A stretch of DNA of 64,000 nucleotides from Candidatus Uhrbacteria bacterium (GCA_016188475.1 JACPHT010000006.1:2330-66329), one strand, 5' to 3'. Counted from the stretch's first letter, positions 9,504 to 19,587 are shown. The notes: a model not told the origin generated them from the sequence alone. Numbers and translations are program-made.

Positions 9504-10106
9504 ATGAAAGGTGTTATTTATATAATAACAACGGCTGTTTCCGGTTTGATAAAGATCGGACAAACAGGCACAAATAATTATCAAGAAAGAATGCGAAATC
9601 TTGAGGCAAATGGTTATTATAATGTTTCTGGTCTAAAAAGATTTTTTGCAATTGAACTTGATGATTACAATGAGAAAGAAAATCTTTTAAAAGAAATTTT
9701 TAATAAACATCGTGTTGGGGATAGTGAATTATTTGCCCTTGATTATGATTTAGTGCGACAACTTTTGTTATCATTCGAAGGTAAAGTGATTTATCCCAAA
9801 GATGTAAATAAAGAAAAGGAATTTGACGAAGTTTCAAAAGCTAGAGAGCAAGGAACAAGGTTTAGTTTTTATAAAAAAGGAATTAAGAACGGAGAAGAAA
9901 TTGTTTTTATAGCTGACAAAGAAATCACCGCGAAAGTGGTTGGCGAGCGTGAAGTGGAATATGGCGAACAAATTTGGAAACTTGCGCCATTAACATACAA
10001 GATATACGAGCAAAAAGGAGGATTAAATGAGAGTGGCGCATACCAAGGAGCTGCTTATTGGCAATATAAAGGCAAAAGATTAAGAGATTTACCTGATATC
10101 AACTAA
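9504..10106 (+). CDS. GIY-YIG (T5orf172-like) nuclease with C-terminal RAMA-like domain
   Basis: GVIYII..GLIKIGQT..R..E..E.F N-terminus; C-terminal GIKNGEEIVF..AKVVG..VEY..G..YWQYKGKRL pattern resembles RAMA. Confidence 0.7.
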   Translation: MKGVIYIITTAVSGLIKIGQTGTNNYQERMRNLEANGYYNVSGLKRFFAIELDDYNEKENLLKEIFNKHRVGDSELFALDYDLVRQLLLSFEGKVIYPKDVNKEKEFDEVSKAREQGTRFSFYKKGIKNGEEIVFIADKEITAKVVGEREVEYGEQIWKLAPLTYKIYEQKGGLNESGAYQGAAYWQYKGKRLRDLPDIN

Positions 10107-10115
10107 CAACATTAT

Positions 10116-11282
10116 ATGATTACAACTTTAAAAACTAACATTACTGTTAAAGACATTTGCGAAGGGTTTGTTTATAACGAACTTGAAGGCAAGGGCTTGT
10201 TTGGCTTGTCTGGTAAACTAACTATTCAGCCAGAATACCAACGCAATTATATTTATGCTTCTGACGGCGGCAAAAGAGAAATGGCTGTTATTGAATCAGT
10301 CCTCAAGGGATACCCGATAGGATTGATTTATTTTAATAAAATAATCAGCAATAATTTTGAAGTTCTTGACGGACAACAACGCATCACCAGTCTTGGACGA
10401 TTTATTACTGATAAATTTGCTATCAAAGATGAAAACGGAATGCAATATTTTGGTGGCTTAGCAAAAGACAAGAAAAATAAGATATTGGAAACTAAACTGC
10501 TTATTTATGAATGTGAGGGCACGGAAAGTCAGATCAAGGAGTGGTTCAAAACAATCAATATTGCCGGGGTTCCGCTCGTCCCTCAAGAATTGTTAAATGC
10601 GATTTATTCTGGTCCATTTGTTACATTGGGCAAAGAGGAATTCAGTAATAGCCAAAATGCCAATGTTCAAAAATGGAGCGTATACATAAGAGGAAGTGTA
10701 GATCGACAGGCATTTTTTGAAAGAGCATTAGACTGGGTAAGTAAAGGAAATATTGATGATTACATGAGCATTCATCGCAATGACAAAAATATCAATGAGT
10801 TAAAAAAATATTTCAACAGTGTGATCGATTGGATATCAAGTGTGTTTACGGATGTAGAAAGCGAGATGTGCGGACTTGAATGGGGGCGATTGTATGAGCA
10901 GTACCACAAGAAATCTTATGATCCCAAAAAAGTATTAGTCGAAGTACAAAAACTCTACGCCGATCCGTATGTAAAAAATCGCAAAGGCATTTTTGAGTTT
11001 ATTTTAGGTGGCTCTATTGATACAAAATTGCTTGAAGTCCGAGTTTTTGATGAAGCAATTAAAAAAGCAGTATACAAAGAACAAACAACTAAAGCCGAGA
11101 AGAAAAAAGTATCGAACTGCCCACTTTGTGCTATTGGACACGATGCAAACAAAGAAAAAATTTGGAGCTTGAGCGATATGGACGCTGACCATGTTTCGGC
11201 TTGGAGCAAGGGCGGTAAAAGTGATATAAAAAATTGCCAAATGTTGTGTAAAACCCACAATCGCGCAAAAGGTAATCGATAA
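10116..11282 (+). CDS. DUF262 (GmrSD/ParB-like) plus HNH endonuclease
   Basis: QPEYQRNY, EVLDGQQR, F..IN..G; C-terminal CPLC..DADHVSAWSKGG....NCQMLCKTHN. Confidence 0.88.
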   Translation: MITTLKTNITVKDICEGFVYNELEGKGLFGLSGKLTIQPEYQRNYIYASDGGKREMAVIESVLKGYPIGLIYFNKIISNNFEVLDGQQRITSLGRFITDKFAIKDENGMQYFGGLAKDKKNKILETKLLIYECEGTESQIKEWFKTINIAGVPLVPQELLNAIYSGPFVTLGKEEFSNSQNANVQKWSVYIRGSVDRQAFFERALDWVSKGNIDDYMSIHRNDKNINELKKYFNSVIDWISSVFTDVESEMCGLEWGRLYEQYHKKSYDPKKVLVEVQKLYADPYVKNRKGIFEFILGGSIDTKLLEVRVFDEAIKKAVYKEQTTKAEKKKVSNCPLCAIGHDANKEKIWSLSDMDADHVSAWSKGGKSDIKNCQMLCKTHNRAKGNR

Positions 11283-11285
11283 ACT

Positions 11286-11945
11286 ATGAGTGATAAATTT
11301 TCAATTGAAGACTTAATAATGAAAGTAATGCCCGGAGGTTTTTTGTTGGCAATATTCTATTTTTTGTTCAGGGAAAAAATCCAATTTAACTTTATTGAAA
11401 ATTTAGATTTCTTTTACACTTTTTTATTTTTTTGTTCGGCTTATATAATCGGAGAATTATTACAAACCATTGCTCATGAAATTGAATGTATTATTAATAT
11501 TTTCTTCAAATTAAGACGGCCATCGGAAATATTTTTATACAAAAACAATCCAATAACAAAGAGCGAATACAAAAGGAATGAGTTGATGAAAGAGCTTAGA
11601 TTGGAAGAAACAGAATCAAAACTTTTTGATCAAGAATACTCCGATTTATCTTTTTGGTGGTGGAAAAGGAATAAAAAGAGTGACGAGGTATCACAAAGTA
11701 TATTTTGGAAGCTCTATTCTAATATAAACCAAACAGATGAAATAAAAATTGCAAATAGGAATTATTTATTTGTTCGCGTAATGATGTTAGAATTTTTATT
11801 GATAGGAATTATTTTTATTATTGATAAAAATTTTTATTTGAGCTTTTTAAGTTTTTTGTTTTGCATTATTTTTTTATGGAGGGGCAGAGGTACTGCAAGG
11901 GGCTTAGTATTTAAAACTATATTATTAAATTTAAAAAATAGTTGA
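11286..11945 (+). CDS. Multi-TM membrane protein of unknown function
   Basis: Two N-terminal and two C-terminal hydrophobic helices around a soluble loop; 1-bp gap to next gene. Confidence 0.75.
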   Translation: MSDKFSIEDLIMKVMPGGFLLAIFYFLFREKIQFNFIENLDFFYTFLFFCSAYIIGELLQTIAHEIECIINIFFKLRRPSEIFLYKNNPITKSEYKRNELMKELRLEETESKLFDQEYSDLSFWWWKRNKKSDEVSQSIFWKLYSNINQTDEIKIANRNYLFVRVMMLEFLLIGIIFIIDKNFYLSFLSFLFCIIFLWRGRGTARGLVFKTILLNLKNS

Positions 11946-11946
11946 T

Positions 11947-12930
11947 ATGAAAAAACTTGTTATATTAAATGTGGGTGGCGCTTTAGCATCATACGCCGAA
12001 ATTGATGATAAAAAGGTAATAATTGATTTAGGAAAAAGTACTGATTTTTCACCAGTAGACAATTTTTTAATCCCATTGGCTCAGAAGCGATCTTTTAGAA
12101 AAACAGACATCGCTGGAAACACAGAAAAATATCACATAGACCAATTATTCCTAAGTCATTTGGACAATGACCACATTTCGGATTATGAAAAATTTAGGGA
12201 AAAATTTCATCCCAACTATATGACTTGTCCAAATGACAATGAAACACAGGATAGTATTTTTAAAATCATCATCAGTTTTTTCACTGGCGAAAATAATGCA
12301 AGAAAACTGGTTCTTTCTGATATGAAAACGAGGACGGCGAATGTTCCTGGTAATCCTTATGGGATGTCGCCTTCAAATCCGCTTGTCTCTATTATCCCAG
12401 AAATAATGAAGCTATTTTACATCAAACCGACCGAGTGCGGAAACGATGAAAATTTAAAACCCGGGTATGCAAATAATATAAGCCTTCTTCTATTTTTTCA
12501 TTCAAATAATAAAACACTTTTAATGCCTGGCGACATATTAAAAGAGGGTATGGAGTGTCTAATTAAACGCAATAACGATTTCAAAAAGCAACTTAACGAT
12601 TTTGGTGTTGACTTCTTAATTGCTCCTCATCACGGGCTTGCGACTTCATTTTCTGAACGATTATTTCAAGAAATTAAAGGAAATAAAACAAGACTAAATA
12701 TTATTTCCGAAAAAGTTAGAGAGGAAGATTCTGACGAAAACCGATCAGATGTTGATAAAAGATATTACGATTCTAATTATTCATCCGGAGAAAATTCTTT
12801 AAAACAAAACGCTGTGAAAACATCAATGGGACATATTGTAATAGATTTAGAATCTGACGAAACTGAGATTAAACAATGCTCTGATATTAATGATGTTTTA
12901 AAAGAATTTATTCCAGTTTCTAACTCGTAA
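11947..12930 (+). CDS. Metallo-beta-lactamase-fold hydrolase (ComEC/Rec2-like)
   Basis: LNVG, IIDLG, SHLDNDH (HxDxDH), MPGD, APHHG. Confidence 0.85.
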   Translation: MKKLVILNVGGALASYAEIDDKKVIIDLGKSTDFSPVDNFLIPLAQKRSFRKTDIAGNTEKYHIDQLFLSHLDNDHISDYEKFREKFHPNYMTCPNDNETQDSIFKIIISFFTGENNARKLVLSDMKTRTANVPGNPYGMSPSNPLVSIIPEIMKLFYIKPTECGNDENLKPGYANNISLLLFFHSNNKTLLMPGDILKEGMECLIKRNNDFKKQLNDFGVDFLIAPHHGLATSFSERLFQEIKGNKTRLNIISEKVREEDSDENRSDVDKRYYDSNYSSGENSLKQNAVKTSMGHIVIDLESDETEIKQCSDINDVLKEFIPVSNS

Positions 12931-12952
12931 GCGGCGCGCCAACTTTGTTGGC

Positions 12953-13142
12953 ACGAAATTCGGCGGCGGCGGAAAAGCGAGGGCGGGCAAAAATTCCTTC
13001 CCCCCAACCTTCTTCCTTTTTGCCCGCCCGAGCTTAAAAATTTTTCAAAATTCAGCGTTCGGATTTTCGCTAAAAAAAGTTCGGATTTCGTTCAGGGTTC
13101 GGAGCCAAAAAACAACCATCTTACTTACGATGGTTGTTTTTT
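12953..13142 (-). repeat. Right 190-bp inverted repeat of island
   Basis: Reverse complement of 7782-7971. Confidence 0.95.
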
Positions 13143-13200
13143 TATACTTTCTTAAACAAAAAAACCCGCGGGATGCGCGGGAGTGAGATTGACTAAAGTG

Positions 13201-14367
13201 TTAACCATGCTGATGCAGAACCGCGTATGAAAGACCTGGCATGAGAGATCCGTCATCAATGTCGACAGCGAGCATACCGCCAGCGAAGAGCATTGGATAT
13301 GACGAATCCATATAGTGCCAAGTGAATGGCACAGTCGAGATGTGCGAAGGTACTGACCCGAGCGCGATGCCGTGGATGCCCCAGCGTCCTTCCTCAGCAC
13401 GTGTCCAGTCGAACGCGTCATCCGACTTTTCTATTAGAACACCTTTTGGTGACTTGTTGCGTCTGACAGATCTTTCATCCTCTGATTGGAGAATGAAGTT
13501 GACGAACGTGCTTATCCAACCATTGAAAGTATCAGAGCCAGACTCGGAGCTGAACTTGTAGAGTGACTTCCAAAAGTATTCATCGAGTATTTCGCCACCG
13601 GCTTGATCAACGATCTTTTGTAGAACCGGCAAAAGATGCTTGAAGTAGCGACCAAGCGGACGGGCAAAAACCTCGGAGAGTTGCATCGCTGCGTTCAGGA
13701 CCTTGCGGTAGTCCTCCGGTGTGCCTGCAAGGCGAATATCCGGTATTCCACATGACGTATAGGTACTATAGTCGTAGAACTTCTGCGTCGCGTTCATGAA
13801 CACGACGAGACTTGCCGCATCTGTCTCTGGCGTAGCAGTCGTGAATCCTGGCAACATGTGTTGCATGATACCTGGCGGAACGACATCCTCGAGCTTGGGT
13901 CGGAACAATACGATCGCTTCACCCCATGGACTCTTTGGGTCGCCGTAGCACAGGTTGTCGTGTTGCACGTCTATTTTCACTTTATCGCGCGAACGTGTGA
14001 ACAGGTGAGAGAACTCCTCGGGATTCAGGTTCACGGCTGTCGCGACCTCGTGCGAGATTAGGAACATAAGAGCCTCTGGACGAAGTGTTAGAGGATGATG
14101 GCTAGTGAATCACTCGTGGATTGTCTGGAAAAACAGACTCGACGATGGAATGAACTCCGGGTTGTAGTCAACTGGCACAAACCCAAGTGTTTCGCGGACA
14201 ACATGCTCAATTTTGTGTCCGGGAAGAACACTCGCGAGAAAGTTGGCCGTTGGCGTTGAGGCACCTTTTGGTTGAACAGACTCGATGAAACCCGGCTGTG
14301 GACGACCATAGACATCCTTGTTTGGAATATTCAGACTGATTTGTCTGCACAATGGTGTTTTACTCAA
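13201..14367 (-). pseudogene. DUF4419-like protein with one in-frame TGA (14110-14112)
   Basis: ORFs 14110-14367 and 13201-14067 share a frame: FFQTIHE*FTSHHPLTLRPEALMFLI; later CGIP.I.L.GT.EDY and NGWI motifs; AAAGGAGAG RBS before TTG. Confidence 0.7.
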
Positions 14368-14519
14368 GTTACTCTCCTTTGATTTTAAGCAAACTGCAAT
14401 GCGACGCTTTTACAGGCTATAAAAAAATATCAAAGTTGTCAACGGCCACATATAATGACTTTTTCTGTTTTCAGATTTGATAGTTTTCTTTTTCATCAGT
14501 CAAGTCTAAAATAGAACTT

Positions 14520-15944
14520 ATGCGCAACATCAAAATTTTGTTTCCAATTTTTTACATACTGATTTTTCCGTCCGTGGTTTTTGCTCTTAAACAGTTTCCT
14601 TCCATAAACGCATCAGTTGAATACTATTCGCAATCAAATGAAAACGCGGCGTCTGTTGTGGCTGTCGTAATTCCTCAAAGCCTTGAAGGGTCTGTTATCA
14701 ACGGTATTGAAATTCCACTCACAGGCAACAGACAAACAATTCCTAATCCAACAGGCGTTGCTGTTCTTGTGAACGATTGACAATGGAACGCATCTGATTG
14801 GACATGCACAATCGGAAGTGATTCTGTTCGCTGTCAAGGTAAAACAAGTTTGGAAGTTGGCAAGAAAACGTGTATTGCTCTATACATGTCAAAAGAAATT
14901 CAACCGTCAAGCGCTCTATCAATTTCTATGCTTGGAAAAGATGGTGAGAAACTTTTCAGCGTCGGTGCATTACTTACGACTGATCAAACGGAAACAACAC
15001 CTATTACTTCTTCAAAAACAACTTCAACTACCACACCTGCAAAAACTGATACAACGAAAACAACGCCCGCGACACCTCTTTCAACAATTCCTGTTTCAAC
15101 AAAATCATCAAATACGAATATGATATTTTTCGCCGGTCTAGCACTTGCGGTTGTTGGCGGAGGTCTTGTGTTTGCATCAAGATCAAATCTTTTTTCAATA
15201 AAACCTGCCGTTGGCGCGGTGACGTTCATTTTTGGTGGATTGTTTGTTGTATATGGCATAATGTTTCCGCGACTTCATCTTTTCACATGGTCCTGTCCTC
15301 TGGATTGTGTACCAAATGAATTAAGATGTCGCGTATCTTATGCTGTGACGACAAGCACTGATTCGATAAGCACAGAAGAAAAAAACGAACTTGAAGCTCA
15401 AAAAACAATTGATTCTCTTAAACTTCTTGAACTTCCATTTAAGGCATTGGATGATCTTGATATAGTAACAGCGGATTCTGTTGTTGACGCATACAAAGAA
15501 ATGGCTACTGCGTTGTTGGGTATTCCAGATACAACCGGAGAAGTTATAGGCAGTTCAATTCCAGGCGTTGGAAAAGTTGTTGATTTGGATGAAATTGAAA
15601 AATTTGCGCAAGCTCTGCACTCTACAAGAGTGTTCACAGATCGCGCGACAGGTGGAATGCAGTTGTTCGCTCATTTTGAACAAGATCAATGCGAGATGTC
15701 TAGTTGTTGGGTTGTGTCAAACCAAACATCATGGAAAAGAACTCGTTCATGGTTTGTGCCACTCACTCCAGAGCGAGTTCCGAGCAATCCATATCAGCAC
15801 CCGCTTTTCAGTCAACAGAAAGCAAATGGCGTATATCTTTGGACGCCTTCAGTGCTTCAAGCGCTCAATCGCGGAGATGCCGATGCTGTAATCAATGATA
15901 TCGCAAAGCAGACTTACGAAAACATGCCGGAGCAGTGCAAATAA
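14520..15944 (+). pseudogene. Secreted/membrane protein with one in-frame TGA (14778-14780)
   Basis: 14520-14780 and 14850-15944 share a frame with only one stop (VLVND*QWNASDW); signal peptide, Thr-rich linker, 2 TMs. Confidence 0.65.
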
Positions 15945-15966
15945 AAAAATTCTGAAAACCGGTTTT

Positions 15967-16842
15967 ATGAAAATAAAAAAAGCACCGTATATCTTTGTTA
16001 TAACCGCATTTCTTATTGTTGTTTTAATTGTATATAAATTTTTTTCAACAACTCAAAAATTTGATACATCCATAAGTGGTTGGTTTATTGGAAATCAAAT
16101 TTGGAGCGGGAACATTTACGTCACAGGAGATGTTGAAGTTTTAGGAAATCTCACAGTTCTTCCTGGAGCGACAGTTAAATTCGCGGTCGGAGATGATCGT
16201 CATAGCGGAGATGAAGTTTCGGCAGACGGTTTTAATGATCTTGATCCAACACGACTTAGATCATACACAACAACTCATTCAAGTCTTTTTATTCTCGGAA
16301 AATTAATTGCCAAAGGATCGCAAACTAAACCGATTATTTTTACATCAGCGGCGGAAAAACCGAATTTGGCAAACTGGGAAGCGATTATTTTTAATGGCGA
16401 TGGTAGTTTAGTTGATTCAGTTACGGTTGAATATACTCGCAATGGTCTTAATCCTATCGGCAAACAGCCAAACAGTGTTATTCAAAATACAATATCTCGT
16501 CATGCACTGTGGGGAACAATATCATCTGCAAATTCAAACATTAAAATAATCAACAATCATCTATCTGATGCAGGACACGAAGGAATTGATCTCAAATTTA
16601 ACGGCACACAAGAAGTTTCCGGAAATATTATTGATGATTGTCACACAGGAATTGCATCCATCGCCGGATCGCAGATTATTAAAAATAACACCATCACCAA
16701 TTGCGGTGACGGTGTTTATATAAGTCCGGAATCGAAAGCTGAATTAATCAACAACATTTTTATATCTGCTCCAGATGATAGCGCGCGCGAATGGAGATAT
16801 GGTGATTATAGAATTCCAATCTTTGGTTTTCCGGAAAAATAG
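15967..16842 (+). CDS. Right-handed parallel beta-helix protein
   Basis: N-terminal anchor; LTVLPGATVKF, G.LIAKG....PIIFTS, repeated I.NN.I/GI turns. Confidence 0.75.
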   Translation: MKIKKAPYIFVITAFLIVVLIVYKFFSTTQKFDTSISGWFIGNQIWSGNIYVTGDVEVLGNLTVLPGATVKFAVGDDRHSGDEVSADGFNDLDPTRLRSYTTTHSSLFILGKLIAKGSQTKPIIFTSAAEKPNLANWEAIIFNGDGSLVDSVTVEYTRNGLNPIGKQPNSVIQNTISRHALWGTISSANSNIKIINNHLSDAGHEGIDLKFNGTQEVSGNIIDDCHTGIASIAGSQIIKNNTITNCGDGVYISPESKAELINNIFISAPDDSAREWRYGDYRIPIFGFPEK

Positions 16843-16862
16843 CGGAAAAGCGTTCAATATTG

Positions 16863-17114
16863 TTATTTGACTGATTTGTAAAGCGCGGCAAAAAGCCAGA
16901 CAGACACGATATCAATGATGTTCCAGATAATAAGTCCTGAAATGAAATTTCCGACATTCATATCAATTGTTCCTACAGCGATTTTTGTGTGAAGAGCGTA
17001 TTGAAAGAAAAGTTCACGAATTGGCGGATAAAATGCAACGACCACGAAACAGACAACGTAAACGATCGTTGTCCAAACCGCTGTCACTTTGAGAAGATGA
17101 TTAAGGTTATTCAT
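16863..17114 (-). CDS. Small membrane protein (DUF5676-like)
   Basis: Two TMs, YVVC..H..F.SGLI.W....WLFA.LY pattern. Confidence 0.6.
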   Translation of the reverse strand: MNNLNHLLKVTAVWTTIVYVVCFVVVAFYPPIRELFFQYALHTKIAVGTIDMNVGNFISGLIIWNIIDIVSVWLFAALYKSVK

Positions 17115-17149
17115 ATAATTATAATTAATGAATTATTAGTTGAGTTAAT

Positions 17150-17635
17150 TTATTTTAGATTCCATTTGAGCGAGCGTTCAGGAATTCCGCCCACATTTTT
17201 TATTTTCAATTCTATAAAGAGCGGCAATGGTTTTATCTGGTCAAACGTGAGAATTCCTTTGAAATGATGTCCGCCAGGTTCAGGACCTTCCCAATTTTTC
17301 GGCTGATAAATATCGCCTTTATCATCAGATAAAGTTACGACTTGCAAAGGATCGTCATCTAAACTTCCTGAATGTGTATCAAAAGCAATTTCAAATTTCC
17401 ATTCATTCGAATCAGGCCCGAGTTCAGTAGGTGTTACTGTGATCGAAACAGGTTGTTGATCATCGGTTTTTGTTTCCCATTGATTTTGTGTTGAAGTTTG
17501 AGGCGAACTTTGAATAGATGATGTTGTTTGGTTTGTTTGTTGACTTTTGGATTGAACGTTTCCAGTGCTGTAAATTATAAAATACACTAAAATCGACACA
17601 GCAATAATTCCGAGAACACATAGTATGTATTTCAT
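17150..17635 (-). CDS. Exported protein with His motifs (possible metal binding)
   Basis: N-terminal anchor, FDTHSGSL and GGHH. Confidence 0.6.
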   Translation of the reverse strand: MKYILCVLGIIAVSILVYFIIYSTGNVQSKSQQTNQTTSSIQSSPQTSTQNQWETKTDDQQPVSITVTPTELGPDSNEWKFEIAFDTHSGSLDDDPLQVVTLSDDKGDIYQPKNWEGPEPGGHHFKGILTFDQIKPLPLFIELKIKNVGGIPERSLKWNLK

Positions 17636-18060
17636 AATTTTTTAAACAGATATATACGTTTCAGCATTAAAATAATTCCAAGAAGATTAAAGAGCAATCC
17701 AACCCAGAAGAGTTCAATTTGATACTGTGTAATAAACGTAACAATTCCAGCAATGCCAAGTATCGGCAACAAATTAACCAAATAATGAGCGCAACAAGAT
17801 ATCATTGAGGCGGTTGATGTGGCGCCGGTTACACCTAAAATTTTCCCAGATCCGCGACCTGATTTCACGAGATTTTTTAGATATACATAAAGTCCGACTT
17901 GAATTCCAAATCCACCGGTGAGGCTCACGATAAAATACCAAAAATCTGAAAACTGGACTTGGGCAAAATTCCATCCGGAAACAAGTGTCAGGATGCCAAA
18001 ATATATGCCAAGTAAAATCAATCCCGCGAGCGCTCCGTAAAAAATTGGCTTTATAGACAT
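17632..18060 (-). CDS. Membrane protein with CCAH motif
   Basis: About 4 TMs, SMISCCAH; current ATG lies in the MITE terminal repeat. Confidence 0.7.
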   Translation of the reverse strand: MSIKPIFYGALAGLILLGIYFGILTLVSGWNFAQVQFSDFWYFIVSLTGGFGIQVGLYVYLKNLVKSGRGSGKILGVTGATSTASMISCCAHYLVNLLPILGIAGIVTFITQYQIELFWVGLLFNLLGIILMLKRIYLFKKL

Positions 18061-18232
18061 CACATTTCAAAATCTGACTTAGAACCCAAGAAAAATTTAT
18101 GAATGGCGCAGTTTTGGAATTTAGAAAAACCGAAAATGTATCTATAGACACATTGAGGATTTTTCTGAGTGAAAAACAAGCCAGTCATAATTTTAATGGG
18201 TTATTGAGTAAGATTTTGAAATGTGATGTCTA
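18054..18232. mobile_element. 179-bp MITE with 22-bp TIRs and TA target duplication (IS630/Tc1-type signature)
   Basis: TAGACATCACATTTCAAAATCT (18054-18075) and its exact reverse complement (18211-18232), flanked by TA on both sides. Confidence 0.85.
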
Positions 18233-18240
18233 TATCATGT

Positions 18241-18441
18241 TTATTGATTTTTATTGTCTATGTGAAACAGTTCGTGAAGTCCGCACCAACCGACAAAACT
18301 TTCAACAAGAGCAATCCATCCAACAATTAGGACGAGTAAATTACCCCATTCAGCGCCGAAGTGAGGCGCAAGAGGACTAAGCCACCAAAATGCGAGCGCG
18401 AATCTCAAAACCCTGTCAACTTTTCCTAAATTTTGTTTCAT
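18241..18441 (-). CDS. DUF2892 (YgaP-like) membrane protein
   Basis: MKQNLGKVDRVLR..GWCGL..LF.I. Confidence 0.8.
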   Translation of the reverse strand: MKQNLGKVDRVLRFALAFWWLSPLAPHFGAEWGNLLVLIVGWIALVESFVGWCGLHELFHIDNKNQ

Positions 18442-18456
18442 AAAATTTTGTGAAGT

Positions 18457-18729
18457 TTATTTATTAGATAATGTATATATCGCGATCAATTCTTTAATCG
18501 CCTTTTCATTGCCGATTTTGTTTTTCATTTGATGTTTGACATGAGTGCGTAAATGGTTTTCAAGCACAAACGCATCAAGGCTTTTGAGCGACCTTTGGAT
18601 TGAGAGTGACTGCGTTAATAATTCAGGACAGTACGTCTCTTTCTCAATAGCCTTAATAAGACCATCAAATTGGCCGCGAATAATTTTAGCTCTATGGATC
18701 GCTCGATTTTTTAGTTGTTGATCTAGCAT
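18457..18729 (-). CDS. CsoR/RcnR-family metal-sensing repressor
   Basis: R.KIIRGQ..GL...IE...YC.ELL.Q...LENHL..H. Confidence 0.85.
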   Translation of the reverse strand: MLDQQLKNRAIHRAKIIRGQFDGLIKAIEKETYCPELLTQSLSIQRSLKSLDAFVLENHLRTHVKHQMKNKIGNEKAIKELIAIYTLSNK

Positions 18730-18783
18730 GTCATTATTATATACCCCTATATCCTATTTAAGAAAGTATTGTGTGGATAACTA

Positions 18784-19482
18784 TCAGATATGTTTGATCT
18801 TCCGCCAAGTTAGATGTTCATAAATACCGGACCACAAAAATCCAAAACTTAATGCGAACAGAAGTTCTTCAAGCGGAATGCCTAAAATAATTATTCCGGA
18901 AATTGCTTTTAAATTCCAAACTTGCTCAACATATCCGGGATACAAAGCAACTAAAGTTAAAAAGTAAACGAAATATAAAAATAAAAAAATAAATGCGCTC
19001 GTGAGCATTTTCTTTTTAAGATCAGGACGGCAATACCACGCAAACAAACCGCCTACGATCATTGCAATAATCGCGGAGTAAATTGGGTTTAATTTTGTTG
19101 TTGCTAGTAAAATAAAAAATGCAATTGGCGCGGAAATGATTGTAAGGAAATGATAACGGTGGTGTTGGTTATGCTGTTCTTCAGAGCTCATTGAACTGTG
19201 CTTTACGTTATAAAATTGTTCATAAATAACAACCGCGAGTCCTCCGATACCAAATGAAAAAATAAAACTTTCAATATCGAATCCTGTATTGATCGCCAAA
19301 TTGAATAAAGATGGTGGCAACCAATATTCGGGAACAAAAAAAGGCTCGGTTATTCCCAAAAGAGAAGTCCAAAAACTGACAATAAGCATTTCGCGTCTTT
19401 TATCTTTACTATTAAGTCTTATGTAAACAATAAGCCAAATTGATATCAATATCAAACTCCAAATTAACCAGGCATAATGCAT
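18784..19482 (-). CDS. Lycopene-cyclase-domain-like membrane protein
   Basis: Duplicated TM module ending DIESFIF and GIPLEELLF. Confidence 0.6.
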   Translation of the reverse strand: MHYAWLIWSLILISIWLIVYIRLNSKDKRREMLIVSFWTSLLGITEPFFVPEYWLPPSLFNLAINTGFDIESFIFSFGIGGLAVVIYEQFYNVKHSSMSSEEQHNQHHRYHFLTIISAPIAFFILLATTKLNPIYSAIIAMIVGGLFAWYCRPDLKKKMLTSAFIFLFLYFVYFLTLVALYPGYVEQVWNLKAISGIIILGIPLEELLFALSFGFLWSGIYEHLTWRKIKHI

Positions 19483-19587
19483 ATTAAAATAATACTACCA
19501 CAAAAAGCGAATCAAAGCAGTTAACTTGCCTTGGATAGCAACGAATTTTTGAAAAGAGCGATATATTAGCGTATTATTTTTAGCTAT

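Larger units (their letters stand above)
7782..13142. mobile_element. tRNA-adjacent, inverted-repeat-bounded AT-rich defence island without integrase
   Basis: Long terminal IRs, six co-oriented genes with R-M/nuclease motifs, visibly AT-rich. Confidence 0.75.

Noticed and set aside
7782-13142. Prophage or autonomous IS/composite transposon
   Set aside because: No phage, integrase or transposase genes, and no clear target-site duplication outside the IRs.
13201-15944. UGA recoding (genetic code 25) suggested by two in-frame TGAs
   Set aside because: TGA is a normal stop for many genes here (ECF sigma, rsmI, tatD, atpF), long genes have no internal TGA, and a TAA break also occurs.
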